Of a stretch of 64,000 nt of DNA, positions 30,668-40,505 are shown piece by piece. Origin of the DNA: an uncultured Candidatus Saccharibacteria bacterium. GTDB taxonomy: Bacteria > Patescibacteriota > Doudnabacteria > UBA920. The notes beneath the pieces were generated by a model that was not told the DNA's origin, did not search any database, and saw only the letters and a list, made by a program, of their open reading frames with translations. Every line of letters starts with the position of its first letter. Position 1 is the stretch's first letter. The stretch is from NCBI GenBank assembly GCA_964483665.1, contig CAZACP010000001.1, positions 141,896 to 205,895 of the forward strand, written 5' to 3'. A program made the position numbers and the translations under genes.

Positions 30668-31780
30668 TTATTTGGACTGTTTGGCAATGTTTAGCAAAAT
30701 ACCCATTGCAGCCAAATTTGAAATCAAAGCTGTGCTACCGTACGAAAAAAATGGCAAAGGAATACCGGTCAAGGGCATAAGCCCGGTTAAAGCAGAAATG
30801 TTGACTATTGCCTGAACAGAAATCCAGGCGGTAAGCCCTACGGCAAGCATATGGCCAAACATATCAGGCGAATTTTTTGAAATTTTGAGACCCTTTAGGG
30901 CCAGTGCCAAAAATCCAAAAATAACAAAAATGACTCTAAAAAAACCAAGCTCTTCCGCAGTTACCGCGAAAATTGAGTCTGTGTAACTTGCGGGTAAATA
31001 ATTGTATTTTTGCCTGGAGAGTCCGTATCCATAGCCCCATTCTCCCCCTGCGCCTATGCCTAAAAGCGATTGATTTACCTGATAACCTATTCCCCTGGGG
31101 TCAAAATCCGGGTTTAAAAATGTTAAAAGCCTTTCTGCCCGGTACGGCTCAAAATGAATGAATAAGTATAACAAAATAAATAGAGCAAAAAAACCGATAG
31201 TTAAATGTTTCCAAGAAAGCCCTCCGGCAAACAGCATAATACAGGCAATGGCAATAATCACAAACATTGTCCCAAAGTCAGGCTGCCAGAGTATTAGAAA
31301 CGAAATTAAGCCTACAACTACCAAACTTGGCAGTAGCCCATGCCAAAAATCATGCAAAATTTCCTTTTTTCTCTCCAGCCAAGCAGCCATATACACAATT
31401 ATGGTAATTTTAGCCAGTTCAGAAGGTTGAAAAGAAAACGGTCCCAGTTTTAACCACCGGCTAGCGCCTCCGGCGCTAAAACTTAAGTCAGAAAATTTAA
31501 CCAAAAACAACAAAATTAAACTTGAGGCTAAAAGAATAGGTAAAAGTTTTTTAAATATATGATAATCAACCTTATACAGCACAAACATTGCTAAAAGGCC
31601 AATTACAGCTCCAAATTTAATTTGATGAATAATATACCTGGTTGTATCGCCAAAATTATTATAGGACTCGACAGTTGAAGCTGAGTAAAGCGTAATTAGT
31701 CCAAAACTAAGTAAAAAACCTATTATAAGTAGGAGTTGAAGGTCTATAGATTTTTTTGACTTGCTTAAGAATGAACGCAT
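30668..31780 (-). CDS. ftsW: SEDS family cell division protein FtsW
   Basis: FQPSELAK, QPDFGT, TDSIFAV and TGIPLPFFSYG motifs; follows murD. Confidence 0.92.
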   Translation of the reverse strand: MRSFLSKSKKSIDLQLLLIIGFLLSFGLITLYSASTVESYNNFGDTTRYIIHQIKFGAVIGLLAMFVLYKVDYHIFKKLLPILLASSLILLFLVKFSDLSFSAGGASRWLKLGPFSFQPSELAKITIIVYMAAWLERKKEILHDFWHGLLPSLVVVGLISFLILWQPDFGTMFVIIAIACIMLFAGGLSWKHLTIGFFALFILLYLFIHFEPYRAERLLTFLNPDFDPRGIGYQVNQSLLGIGAGGEWGYGYGLSRQKYNYLPASYTDSIFAVTAEELGFFRVIFVIFGFLALALKGLKISKNSPDMFGHMLAVGLTAWISVQAIVNISALTGLMPLTGIPLPFFSYGSTALISNLAAMGILLNIAKQSK

Positions 31781-33168
31781 TAGTATGTTGTTACTAAATT
31801 TTTAAACTGCTCTCCCCTGTCTTTATAATTTTTGAACATTCCAAAACTTGCGCAGGCTGGCGAGAGTAAAACAACATCGCCCGCCAATGCTGAAAGCTTT
31901 ATCTGGTCAAAAATTTGCTCCATGTTTTTTGCGCCCTCCAAAAAGCCGGAAAAGCTGTTGCCTTCTGCTGTAATTGCCGATTTTATTCGGCCAGCTTCCT
32001 CGCCTACCAAAATTATACTCTTAATGTTTTTTGCATTCTTAACGGTTTTGCCAAGCTCTGTAAAATCCGAATTCTTGCTTGAGCCGCCCAAAATAAGTAT
32101 TAAGGGTTCCTTAAAAGAATTTATTGCGGCTACGGCAGTTTCGGGCGTGGTGGAAAACGAATCATTGTAAAATTTTACTCCGTTTTTTTCCAAAACAAAT
32201 TCCAAGCGGTGTTCCAGCCCCTTAAACTCTGAAATTGCTGATTGTAAAACATTGGAATTTTTTATTCCCGCAGCTAAACAGGCGCCGATAGATGCCTCTA
32301 TGTTTTCAAGGTTGTGCGCTCCTTTTAGTTGGTAGTTGTTAGTAGGCAGCTGGTAGCTTGCGCCAAGGACATTCTTAACAAAAATTTCGTTATCTTTAAT
32401 ATAAATCCCGCTTTCTAGTTCCTTTTGCCGGCTGAAAAATATTTTGCTTCCATTACCTTGCTGCCCAATAAAAACAGACGAGGGAAAATCTGCATTAACA
32501 ATTGCAAAATCACTCTGCTTTTGGTATTTAACTATTGAAGATTTTGCCTCAATATATTCCTCTAAATTTTTATGGTAATCAAGATGCTCGCTCGTAACCA
32601 TTAAGACAACTCCAATATGCGGGCTTTTTGTTAAATCCTGCAGTTGAAAGCTGGATAGTTCGTAAACCACCCAGTCGTCTGGCTTTAAATCATCAATAAT
32701 CTCCAAGGCTTGTGTTTTGCCAATGTTGCCGGTCAGGTAAATTTTGGATTTACGATTTCCGATTTTAGATTGAGCCTGAAGAATTTTATAAATAAGCGAG
32801 GTTGTAGTTCCTTTCCCTTTTGTCCCGGTCACGCCGATAATTTTGCCGGGACAGTTGTCAAAAAAAAATTTTGTCTGACTTGTGATCAGCTGTTTGTTAT
32901 TGGTTACCACTTTACTAAGCGGTATGCCAGGACTACGAAAAACCACATCAAAACCCGCCAATTCTTTAAACGCATCTGGTCCAAAAATAAAATTTATATT
33001 TAAAGATTTAATTTCCGATTGCTCTTTTAAAGACCATTCCTCCCACGGGCGCTGATCAAACAGCACGGGTTTTATGCCGTGCTTAAGTAAGTAATTTAGT
33101 GTTGCGCGGCCTTCTAGTCCAAAGCCTAATATTGCAACTTGCTTGTTATATAGTTCTGTGAGATTCAT
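31780..33168 (-). CDS. murD: UDP-N-acetylmuramoyl-L-alanine--D-glutamate ligase
   Basis: GVTGTKGKGTT, ELSSFQL, HRLE, NDSFST and LSPACASF motifs. Confidence 0.97.
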   Translation of the reverse strand: MNLTELYNKQVAILGFGLEGRATLNYLLKHGIKPVLFDQRPWEEWSLKEQSEIKSLNINFIFGPDAFKELAGFDVVFRSPGIPLSKVVTNNKQLITSQTKFFFDNCPGKIIGVTGTKGKGTTTSLIYKILQAQSKIGNRKSKIYLTGNIGKTQALEIIDDLKPDDWVVYELSSFQLQDLTKSPHIGVVLMVTSEHLDYHKNLEEYIEAKSSIVKYQKQSDFAIVNADFPSSVFIGQQGNGSKIFFSRQKELESGIYIKDNEIFVKNVLGASYQLPTNNYQLKGAHNLENIEASIGACLAAGIKNSNVLQSAISEFKGLEHRLEFVLEKNGVKFYNDSFSTTPETAVAAINSFKEPLILILGGSSKNSDFTELGKTVKNAKNIKSIILVGEEAGRIKSAITAEGNSFSGFLEGAKNMEQIFDQIKLSALAGDVVLLSPACASFGMFKNYKDRGEQFKNLVTTY

Positions 33169-33170
33169 GC

Positions 33171-34742
33171 TTATTTTTTCTTTAGCGCTTTGCCCCCCAT
33201 TTCAGAGGTTAGTTTACCTTCGACAACTTCCGCAATTCCGTTAACAAAAACATAATTTATTCCTTCTGAATACTGGTAAGGGTTTTCGTAAGTGGCTTTG
33301 TCGGATATATTATTTTCATCAAAAATTACCAAGTCGGCCTTGTAGCCTACTTTTATACATCCGCGGTCAGGAATCCCCAGTTTTAGAGCCGGGCCTAAAG
33401 TTAACTTATTAACAGCTTCTTCTAAAGTAAGTTTTTCAGTAGCTTTGGCTAGCTTTAAAAATTTTGGGGCGCTACCAAAACAGCGTGGATGAACTAGTTT
33501 GTTCTTTTGGTTAATTCCGAAACCGCCGCCGTCTGTGCCAACAAAGCCCAAAGGGTGCATTAGAAGTTCTAAAACATCGGGCTCGCTTAAATTCTTTTCA
33601 AACACTAAAATTTCGCTACCGGCATTTTCTAAAATATGCAAAACAGCCGCCTCGGAAGAGATTTCTAAATTTTTTGCAACCTGGCCAATAGTTTTTCCTA
33701 AAAACTGTAACCGGTTCCCGCTCGAAGCAATAATTATATCTGCCCACTTTGTCTCAGTGCTATTTAGGTAAGCTAAAATTTTATTTTTTTGCACCGAGTC
33801 GGAAAAATGCTTAAGCATTAAACTTCTTCCCCCTTCAATAGCCCATTTGGGCAAATACGAATACAAAGGCTGCCAAGTTGTGTCATACGGGTAAACATCA
33901 AAGTGCACCTTTAAGCCTTTGTGGTAAGCGGTTTCTAAAAGAGAAACCATATGCGCGTGGTTTTTCCAATTAGAAGCACCTCGGGTTTTTAAGTGGGAAA
34001 TTTTTAAGTTTAAGTCGGTTGACCTGGCTATTTCCAAAACCTCTTCCAGAGATTCAATAATTTCAGCGCCTTCACCTCTCAAATGCACTGAAAACAAAGC
34101 TTTGTTTTCTGCCACTATTTTAGCGAGTTCTAAAAGCTCAATTTGCGAAATGATTATTTCGTGCGCGTACGAAAGTCCGCTACTTAGCCCGAATGCGCCG
34201 GCGGCCAAAGAATCTTTAAGTATTTTTTTCAGGCTTTCAAGCTCAGGCTTTTCCAAAGCCCTGACTTCGTCTCCGACTATTCCGCGGCGGAGAGTTCCGT
34301 AACCAACCAAACTGACTATATTGCAGCCAAACTTTTTTTGAGACAAAACCTGCAAAAATTCAGAAAAAGTTTGCCAATTAAAGTTAACCCCTTCTAAACT
34401 ATGCCATTTTTGTATAGCTAGCAGGCTTTGACTGGAAAGAAGCGGCGCCAAACTGGCCCCACATTGTCCGACTGCAATAGTAGTAAACCCCTGGGAAACT
34501 AGGCTGTTCAGGCCGGGGTTGTCAAAAAGCTGCCAGTAACTGTCGCTGTGATTTTGAATATCTATAAATCCCGGGGCTAAAACTTGGCCTTTAGCATCAA
34601 TTATACTATGTGCTCCGCCGGGAATATTTTTTGCAATATTTACAATCTCTTCTTTTTCCACCGCTACGTCTAACAATTGTTCTGAAGTTTTTTTGCCGCT
34701 ACCGTCTATAACTTTTGCATTTTTTATTATTAGAGAATACAT
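33171..34742 (-). CDS. N-acyl-D-amino-acid deacylase family amidohydrolase
   Basis: PGFIDIQNHSD, GQCG, HLRGE, ISHLK, GTDG, HPR and ADLVIFD motifs. Confidence 0.87.
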   Translation of the reverse strand: MYSLIIKNAKVIDGSGKKTSEQLLDVAVEKEEIVNIAKNIPGGAHSIIDAKGQVLAPGFIDIQNHSDSYWQLFDNPGLNSLVSQGFTTIAVGQCGASLAPLLSSQSLLAIQKWHSLEGVNFNWQTFSEFLQVLSQKKFGCNIVSLVGYGTLRRGIVGDEVRALEKPELESLKKILKDSLAAGAFGLSSGLSYAHEIIISQIELLELAKIVAENKALFSVHLRGEGAEIIESLEEVLEIARSTDLNLKISHLKTRGASNWKNHAHMVSLLETAYHKGLKVHFDVYPYDTTWQPLYSYLPKWAIEGGRSLMLKHFSDSVQKNKILAYLNSTETKWADIIIASSGNRLQFLGKTIGQVAKNLEISSEAAVLHILENAGSEILVFEKNLSEPDVLELLMHPLGFVGTDGGGFGINQKNKLVHPRCFGSAPKFLKLAKATEKLTLEEAVNKLTLGPALKLGIPDRGCIKVGYKADLVIFDENNISDKATYENPYQYSEGINYVFVNGIAEVVEGKLTSEMGGKALKKK

Positions 34743-34757
34743 ATTTGTATTTTAAAT

Positions 34758-35795
34758 TTAACCTACAAAATAAATTATGACGCCGAGTATTCCAAAAACC
34801 GCGGAAAGGATCCAAAAACGCATGGTAATTTTTGTTTCAGGCCAGCCAAGGGCTTCTAAATGGTGGTGAAGCGGCGCGGACAAAAATATTTTCTTTTTAA
34901 AAAACTTTTTGTAAAATATTTGCGAAACTGTAGAAAATGCCTCAATTAAAAATATTAATCCTATTAGTGGGAGCAGCAATATTGAGTTAGTTAAAAAAGC
35001 CACAATCGCCAAAAGCACGCCCATTCCCATCGCACCCGTGTCCCCCATAAAAAAACGAGCTGGGTGAACATTAAACCACAAAAATGCTAAAAGACTTCCG
35101 CAAACAACTGCAATCATAGCCGCTAAATTTTCTTTTCCTTGAGTATAGGCAATGAGCCCGTAAGCAAAAAAAGAAATTAAAAGCGTTCCGCCTGCCAAAC
35201 CATCAAGCCCGTCTGTTAAATCGACCGCGAAACTTGTCCCCACTACTACCAAAACAAAAAATGGGATAAATAACCAGCCTAAGTCATAAGTGCTAAAAAA
35301 AGGAACATGGACTGAGGTAAAATCTAGTTTATGATAAAACCACCAAGCTCCTATTAAAGCAACAGCCGCGTACAGCCAAATTTTGTATCGAAATCTTAAA
35401 CCCTGACCGTTATGCCCAATTTTTTTAACATCCAGCCAGTCATCCAAAAGCCCAACTAGAGAGGCTCCTAAAAACGCTCCTAAAGGCAATAGGGTTTCTT
35501 TACGGGTCAAGAAATTTAAACTGTGAAAGTACGAAATCTTTAAAATCCTATCTAAGACCCAAAACAAACAAAGTAAAAATATTGTGGTCCCCCAGACCAA
35601 AATACCGCCCATGGTCGGGGTTCCCGCTTTAGCAGCATGCATTTTAGTGTAAAGAGGGGTACTTCCGTCACTGCGAATATTTTTTCCAAGGCGTTTTTTG
35701 TAAAGAAAATTGCTTAATATCGGGGTAGAAAGAAGAGCTAAAAAGAAACTGATGGTTGCGAGTGTTAAAATTTTTGTTAAAGCAAACTGATCCAT
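34758..35795 (-). CDS. mraY: Phospho-N-acetylmuramoyl-pentapeptide transferase
   Basis: KAGTPTMGG, LTDGLDGLA, FMGDTG and APLHHHLE motifs. Confidence 0.98.
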   Translation of the reverse strand: MDQFALTKILTLATISFFLALLSTPILSNFLYKKRLGKNIRSDGSTPLYTKMHAAKAGTPTMGGILVWGTTIFLLCLFWVLDRILKISYFHSLNFLTRKETLLPLGAFLGASLVGLLDDWLDVKKIGHNGQGLRFRYKIWLYAAVALIGAWWFYHKLDFTSVHVPFFSTYDLGWLFIPFFVLVVVGTSFAVDLTDGLDGLAGGTLLISFFAYGLIAYTQGKENLAAMIAVVCGSLLAFLWFNVHPARFFMGDTGAMGMGVLLAIVAFLTNSILLLPLIGLIFLIEAFSTVSQIFYKKFFKKKIFLSAPLHHHLEALGWPETKITMRFWILSAVFGILGVIIYFVG

Positions 35796-35847
35796 TATAT
35801 ATGAGCAATAAAGGTTAATTCCGTAAAATTATTTTACCACAAAGGGC

Positions 35848-36819
35848 TTAAAAATCCAAATTTCGAATTTCAGTTTTTAAAGTACTGTTTAAAACAGCTT
35901 CTCTTAAATTAAGCGTATCTTTTTCGCGCTCCGGACTATGCAGAACAATTAAGGCTATTTCGCCTAAGCCGGAATCTATAACCGTAGCCATTGAGCCTAA
36001 TGATTCCTTTGTGTAACCTGTTTTTATAGCCAAAATATCCTGATATTTGTTAAGCAGCTTGTTAGTGGCTTTAATTTTATAACTATTTCCGCTTAAAGAA
36101 GTAAACTCGATGCTGGTTTTTCTGGCTAGATTCTTAAAAGCCGGGAGACTAAATACTTTAGTTATAAGAATTTTTAAATCTGAAACGGTGGAAAAATTTT
36201 GCATGCTGTCAAATCCGGCCGGATTGCTAAACGAAGTATCGAGCATGCCCAATTCGGCTGCGGTTTTATTCATTTCTTCTATAAAATTTTTTTGTGTCGA
36301 ATTTTCGTAAAATTGAGCTAACGCAAAAGCGGAATCGTTTGCAGATCCTATTATCATGGAGTCAAACAGATCCTGAACCAAAATACGGTCCTTGAAGGTC
36401 AAGTTGAGCTTGGGTGAAACTTGCCAAAAAGTTCTTGGGTAAACTTCCGCAGTTTCTTTAAAATTTAAGTTTTTATAGGCTACATAGCCGGTCATAAGTT
36501 TAGTAAGGCTTGCTATTGGGAGCTTTTCATAGGAATTCTTTTCAGAAAAGATTTGGCCGCTTTTTAAAGAAAATACCATATAACTTTTAGCTTTAATTTT
36601 GCCGGACAGATTCTCGGGCAGGCTTATTTCGTACTCACTAGCTAATTGAGGCTCGTTTACTCCGCGGGCATTAATTTGCGCGCCTAAAATTTGTCCATTG
36701 CTTGGACTTTGAGCCACCAAAGCTGGTTTAATTGGCCAATTTAGCCTAATAACAAAGCCTAATATTCCAAAAAGAACTAAAATGCCTATGTATTTAAAAT
36801 TTGTTTGTTTTAGTATCAT
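35848..36819 (-). CDS. D-Ala-D-Ala carboxypeptidase (peptidase S11)
   Basis: SLTK, SAN and KTG catalytic motifs; N-terminal TM helix. Confidence 0.9.
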   Translation of the reverse strand: MILKQTNFKYIGILVLFGILGFVIRLNWPIKPALVAQSPSNGQILGAQINARGVNEPQLASEYEISLPENLSGKIKAKSYMVFSLKSGQIFSEKNSYEKLPIASLTKLMTGYVAYKNLNFKETAEVYPRTFWQVSPKLNLTFKDRILVQDLFDSMIIGSANDSAFALAQFYENSTQKNFIEEMNKTAAELGMLDTSFSNPAGFDSMQNFSTVSDLKILITKVFSLPAFKNLARKTSIEFTSLSGNSYKIKATNKLLNKYQDILAIKTGYTKESLGSMATVIDSGLGEIALIVLHSPEREKDTLNLREAVLNSTLKTEIRNLDF

Positions 36820-36931
36820 TGACTTGGTAAATTACCCTGAATTTATTATAGCAATTGACAGCATTTAATTTTGTGGATAATATTAATAAGCGCTTAAATC
36901 ATTACTTACAATTAGCATTAACCTAAAATAT

Positions 36932-37252
36932 ATGAGCGAAATAAAAGTAGACGAACAAAATTTTGAAAAAGAGGTAATTAAATCAGAAACCCCTGTCTTA
37001 GTTGATTTCTGGGCCGAATGGTGCGGTCCTTGCAAAGCCCTGGGCCCAATAATTGCTCAATTAGCTGAAGAGTATCAGGGCAAACTGAAGGTTGGAAAGC
37101 TGAATGTCGATGAAAATAACAATTTAGCCATGCAGTATGGCGTTATGAGTATTCCCACAATGAAATTTTTTAAGAACGGAAAAGTTGTCGCCGAATTAAT
37201 AGGCGCTCAGCCGAAGCAAAACATTCAGGAAGTTATAAAAACCGTAATCTAA
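36932..37252 (+). CDS. trxA: Thioredoxin
   Basis: DFWAEWCGPCK and SIPT motifs. Confidence 0.98.
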   Translation: MSEIKVDEQNFEKEVIKSETPVLVDFWAEWCGPCKALGPIIAQLAEEYQGKLKVGKLNVDENNNLAMQYGVMSIPTMKFFKNGKVVAELIGAQPKQNIQEVIKTVI

Positions 37253-37254
37253 TT

Positions 37255-37281
37255 AAAAAACCCTCCTAACTGGAGGGTTTT
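37255..37281. terminator. Bidirectional terminator between convergent genes
   Basis: aaaaaaccctcc-taact-ggagggtttt. Confidence 0.75.
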
Positions 37282-37288
37282 AAAATAT

Positions 37289-39079
37289 CTAAATACTTAT
37301 TGGTTTGTTAGGAAGCAATACTTTTCTTTGAGTACTCTGCTGAGAATTTATGCTTGAGGGGCTCGGAGTTAGGGTTTCAGGCTTTGTTAGAAGGCTTTCC
37401 ATAGCCTGCCCAACCTTTTCCCCTATTTCTGCATTTTTCTGGTTTTGTGCGTCAGTAACTGTTTGCCAGATTGGATTTTCCTTTTTATGTGGCTTTTCTT
37501 TAGCCTTGTGCCTAAAGATTTTTTCCCTATCGAAACGTTTTTGTTTCTGACCTGAATTTTCGTTTTTAAAAGAAGTTTCTTTTTTTTCAAAGCTGTTGGC
37601 TTTGACTATTTCAATGTTTTCATTTTGAGGTACAGGCTGTGCTGGCAGAATCTTTTGCGGAATTTCTTCTGCTACCGCCTTAATACTTTGGTTTAAAGCC
37701 GAAGAATTAGTTAAATCCTGTTTTGGGACCGAAAGTTCGTTTGTTTCGACTAAAGAGGTCTGCATGGCGGATTCTTGATGGAATTCGGCTCCCATCCACC
37801 TGCTAATTTTTTCCTCAACCTCAAAAACAGGATTCGCATATCTTTCCCTTGAAACTTTAATGACTTTTTCTGAAGCATTAGTCAAATAAGCGTCGTTGGG
37901 AGCTAAAGTTACTGCGGAAAACGGCTCGCTTGCCATTCCGTTTATCATAAGCCTTAAAACAATATGATACTTAGGCAAGTTAACCAGGTCATTTGGAGTA
38001 AAAGTCGGCTCAAATTCGGTTTCCATAAATTCAGCGTCAGCCGCACCAATTCTAAATACAACAATGGTTCCAACGTTGCCAAAAATTGCATCCCTGACTT
38101 TAGTATTTTTGTCTTGCTCAAGCTGGGCTATGTATTGATGCCCAACAATTAAATTTAAGCGGTATTTGCGAGCCTCACTTAATATGGTTGCGAAACTGTC
38201 GGTTGCAAAATTTTGAAACTCGTCTACATATAAATAAAAGTCTTTTCTTTCGTTTTCAGGAATGTCTGTTCTGGACATAGCGGCAAGCTGCAGCTTGGTT
38301 ACTATCATAGCGCCCAAAAGGGCAGAGTTATCTTCCCCTACTTTGCCCTTAGAAAGGTCCATAATCAAAATTTTGTTCTGATCCATTATTTCTCGTAAAT
38401 CTATAGTACTTTTTGGCTGGCCAACTATATTTCTAATTATTCCGCTGCTTAAAAATTGACCTACCTTGTTTTGTATAGGCGCGATTGCTTCTGTCCTGTA
38501 TTTTTCGTTGTAATTTGCAAACTCGTCTACCCAAAAACTTTTTACTACCGGGTCCTTAATATTATCAACAATTTTTTTTCTATATTTTTTGTCAACATAC
38601 ATTCTGGTTATACCTAAAAGCGTATTTCCCGGGCTGTCGAGCAACGCCAAAACTGTGTTGTTTAAAATGTACTCCATTCTGGCTGACCAAAGGTTTGCCC
38701 AAATTTTGGTAAAAACACCCATAAGTCCGCTAGCGACCAAATGTTTATACTTTGCATCAACTGCCTCCAGAATATTAAAAGCCACGGGGAATTCCAAATC
38801 CGCGGGGTTAAAATATACAACATCATTTACACGGCTGGGCGGGATGCAGTTTAAAATTCTTTGAACCGAGTCCCCGTGAGGGTCTAAAAAGGCAATGCCG
38901 TGTCCGTTGCGGATATCTTGAATGGCCATATTTTCCATCATGCTGGTTTTGCCCATGCCTGTTTTACCAATTAAATACATATGCCTTCTTCTGTCATCGG
39001 TTTTTATGCCAAAAGGCACTTCCTTGTTGCGGAAGTTAGTTTTCGCAAATACTGTAATTTTGCTTTCGTGCTCACTCAT
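37289..39079 (-). CDS. VirD4/TraD-like (HerA-FtsK superfamily) ATPase
   Basis: RRHMYLIGKTGMGKT, DPHGD, LYVDEFQNF and EARKY motifs; low-complexity C-terminal tail. Confidence 0.88.
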   Translation of the reverse strand: MSEHESKITVFAKTNFRNKEVPFGIKTDDRRRHMYLIGKTGMGKTSMMENMAIQDIRNGHGIAFLDPHGDSVQRILNCIPPSRVNDVVYFNPADLEFPVAFNILEAVDAKYKHLVASGLMGVFTKIWANLWSARMEYILNNTVLALLDSPGNTLLGITRMYVDKKYRKKIVDNIKDPVVKSFWVDEFANYNEKYRTEAIAPIQNKVGQFLSSGIIRNIVGQPKSTIDLREIMDQNKILIMDLSKGKVGEDNSALLGAMIVTKLQLAAMSRTDIPENERKDFYLYVDEFQNFATDSFATILSEARKYRLNLIVGHQYIAQLEQDKNTKVRDAIFGNVGTIVVFRIGAADAEFMETEFEPTFTPNDLVNLPKYHIVLRLMINGMASEPFSAVTLAPNDAYLTNASEKVIKVSRERYANPVFEVEEKISRWMGAEFHQESAMQTSLVETNELSVPKQDLTNSSALNQSIKAVAEEIPQKILPAQPVPQNENIEIVKANSFEKKETSFKNENSGQKQKRFDREKIFRHKAKEKPHKKENPIWQTVTDAQNQKNAEIGEKVGQAMESLLTKPETLTPSPSSINSQQSTQRKVLLPNKPISI

Positions 39080-39091
39080 ATAAATATGGTA

Positions 39092-40441
39092 TTATATTTC
39101 TGCTATCGGCAAATTCGAAGGCGGCCTAGAAGTCTTACTACTTACAGACTGAACATTAGCCGGCGCAGCGGCGCCTTCAGGGGTAATCGGAAAATGAAAT
39201 AAGGTGGCGATTTCTTCGGTGCTTAATAAAAACTTAGGAGCCCCAACATATGTGCTTCTGGCTTTATAACCTCTTAAAAACCAAAATTTTCTGTCGTTTG
39301 TTATCCACTTTAAAATAGGTCCTTCCAAACTCTCAGAAAAAAGCGGATCAACCTTGGTCCAAATTTTCATATGGCTTTTCATAGTATTATGAATACCAGA
39401 GCCGCCTCCGGGACTAAATTGTCTAATTGCGCCAATTATCTCAAAGCGCCTGCCTTTGTCGTATTTGTCTTTTGGCGCGATATACAAAATTCTTATTTTA
39501 GTATTATAACAGGGTTTATTTAACTTTTTTTCTATTAAGCCAACGCGCGCTTTTTCCCCTTCACTCATATTGAGCCAGTTATTCCTGGGCTTGTTTTCCT
39601 GGTGACCATGGCTGTGCGCTGAACCAAACACAGCTTCCTTTAACCTAAAGTGCGAAAACCAGTCAATAGGCTTAAGAAAAAAACCTAAAATACTTGCTTC
39701 GTGGGGCATTTCCTCACCGGTTAGCTCCTTAATTTTTTTTACTGCCCTGTGTTCCCACTCGTTATTTTGAATAGGCTGAATTAATATTTGAAGGGCTAAA
39801 ACTTCGTGGGGTAAGATTCTTTCCATTGTTTCTATAACATTAGACAAAGGGTCGATAATTTTTTCTTCAGCGGTCGGATGCTCAAAATCCACATAAGTTT
39901 TTATGGGTATTACGCTGTCATTAGTCATTTTAAGCTCAGTGCCAAAAAAATCGTATGGACTGTCGCCCTTATATACGTCGACATTAAAGTTTTCCATGTA
40001 ATCCCTTACTTCCTGAATTTCGGCCGTGGGGTAATGGGAATAGAACGCCGACTCTACCAAATGCTGGCTTTTTTTCGGACATCGAATAATAAAAGAGACC
40101 TGGCCTCCAAGCGAAACTATCTCCAGGGAATACCAAAGCTGAAACTTTCCTTCCATATACACTTCGTTCCAGGTAAGGCCTCTATGCAAGGCGTGCATTT
40201 GAGAAAATATATTTTCAACAGCCATGGTGCTTACTCTGTTTTCTTTAGGGACTAAAATCCGTAAAAAAACCCATTCTGTGCTATGCAAAAAATGATGCTG
40301 GATTTCTTCCATATAAGAAAACTTGAACATATGGTAAAAGCCAAATATAAAAATCACCCATCCGTAATAGTCGTAAAAGATGGTCCAAATCATTTTGAGT
40401 ATTTCTGGCGGGTGCGGAAAAAGCGCTGTTAAAAATTCCAT
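39092..40441 (-). CDS. Conserved hypothetical membrane protein adjacent to the VirD4-like ATPase
   Basis: N-terminal TM helix; SLEIVS, HYPTAEI, PIKTY and EEIATLFHFP motifs. Confidence 0.8.
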   Translation of the reverse strand: MEFLTALFPHPPEILKMIWTIFYDYYGWVIFIFGFYHMFKFSYMEEIQHHFLHSTEWVFLRILVPKENRVSTMAVENIFSQMHALHRGLTWNEVYMEGKFQLWYSLEIVSLGGQVSFIIRCPKKSQHLVESAFYSHYPTAEIQEVRDYMENFNVDVYKGDSPYDFFGTELKMTNDSVIPIKTYVDFEHPTAEEKIIDPLSNVIETMERILPHEVLALQILIQPIQNNEWEHRAVKKIKELTGEEMPHEASILGFFLKPIDWFSHFRLKEAVFGSAHSHGHQENKPRNNWLNMSEGEKARVGLIEKKLNKPCYNTKIRILYIAPKDKYDKGRRFEIIGAIRQFSPGGGSGIHNTMKSHMKIWTKVDPLFSESLEGPILKWITNDRKFWFLRGYKARSTYVGAPKFLLSTEEIATLFHFPITPEGAAAPANVQSVSSKTSRPPSNLPIAEI

Positions 40442-40505
40442 TTTTTGTTTTCTTTATTTGTTATTTCTGACAAATACTCCGTTTCAGATTTTTTAGTTTC
40501 AGTAT

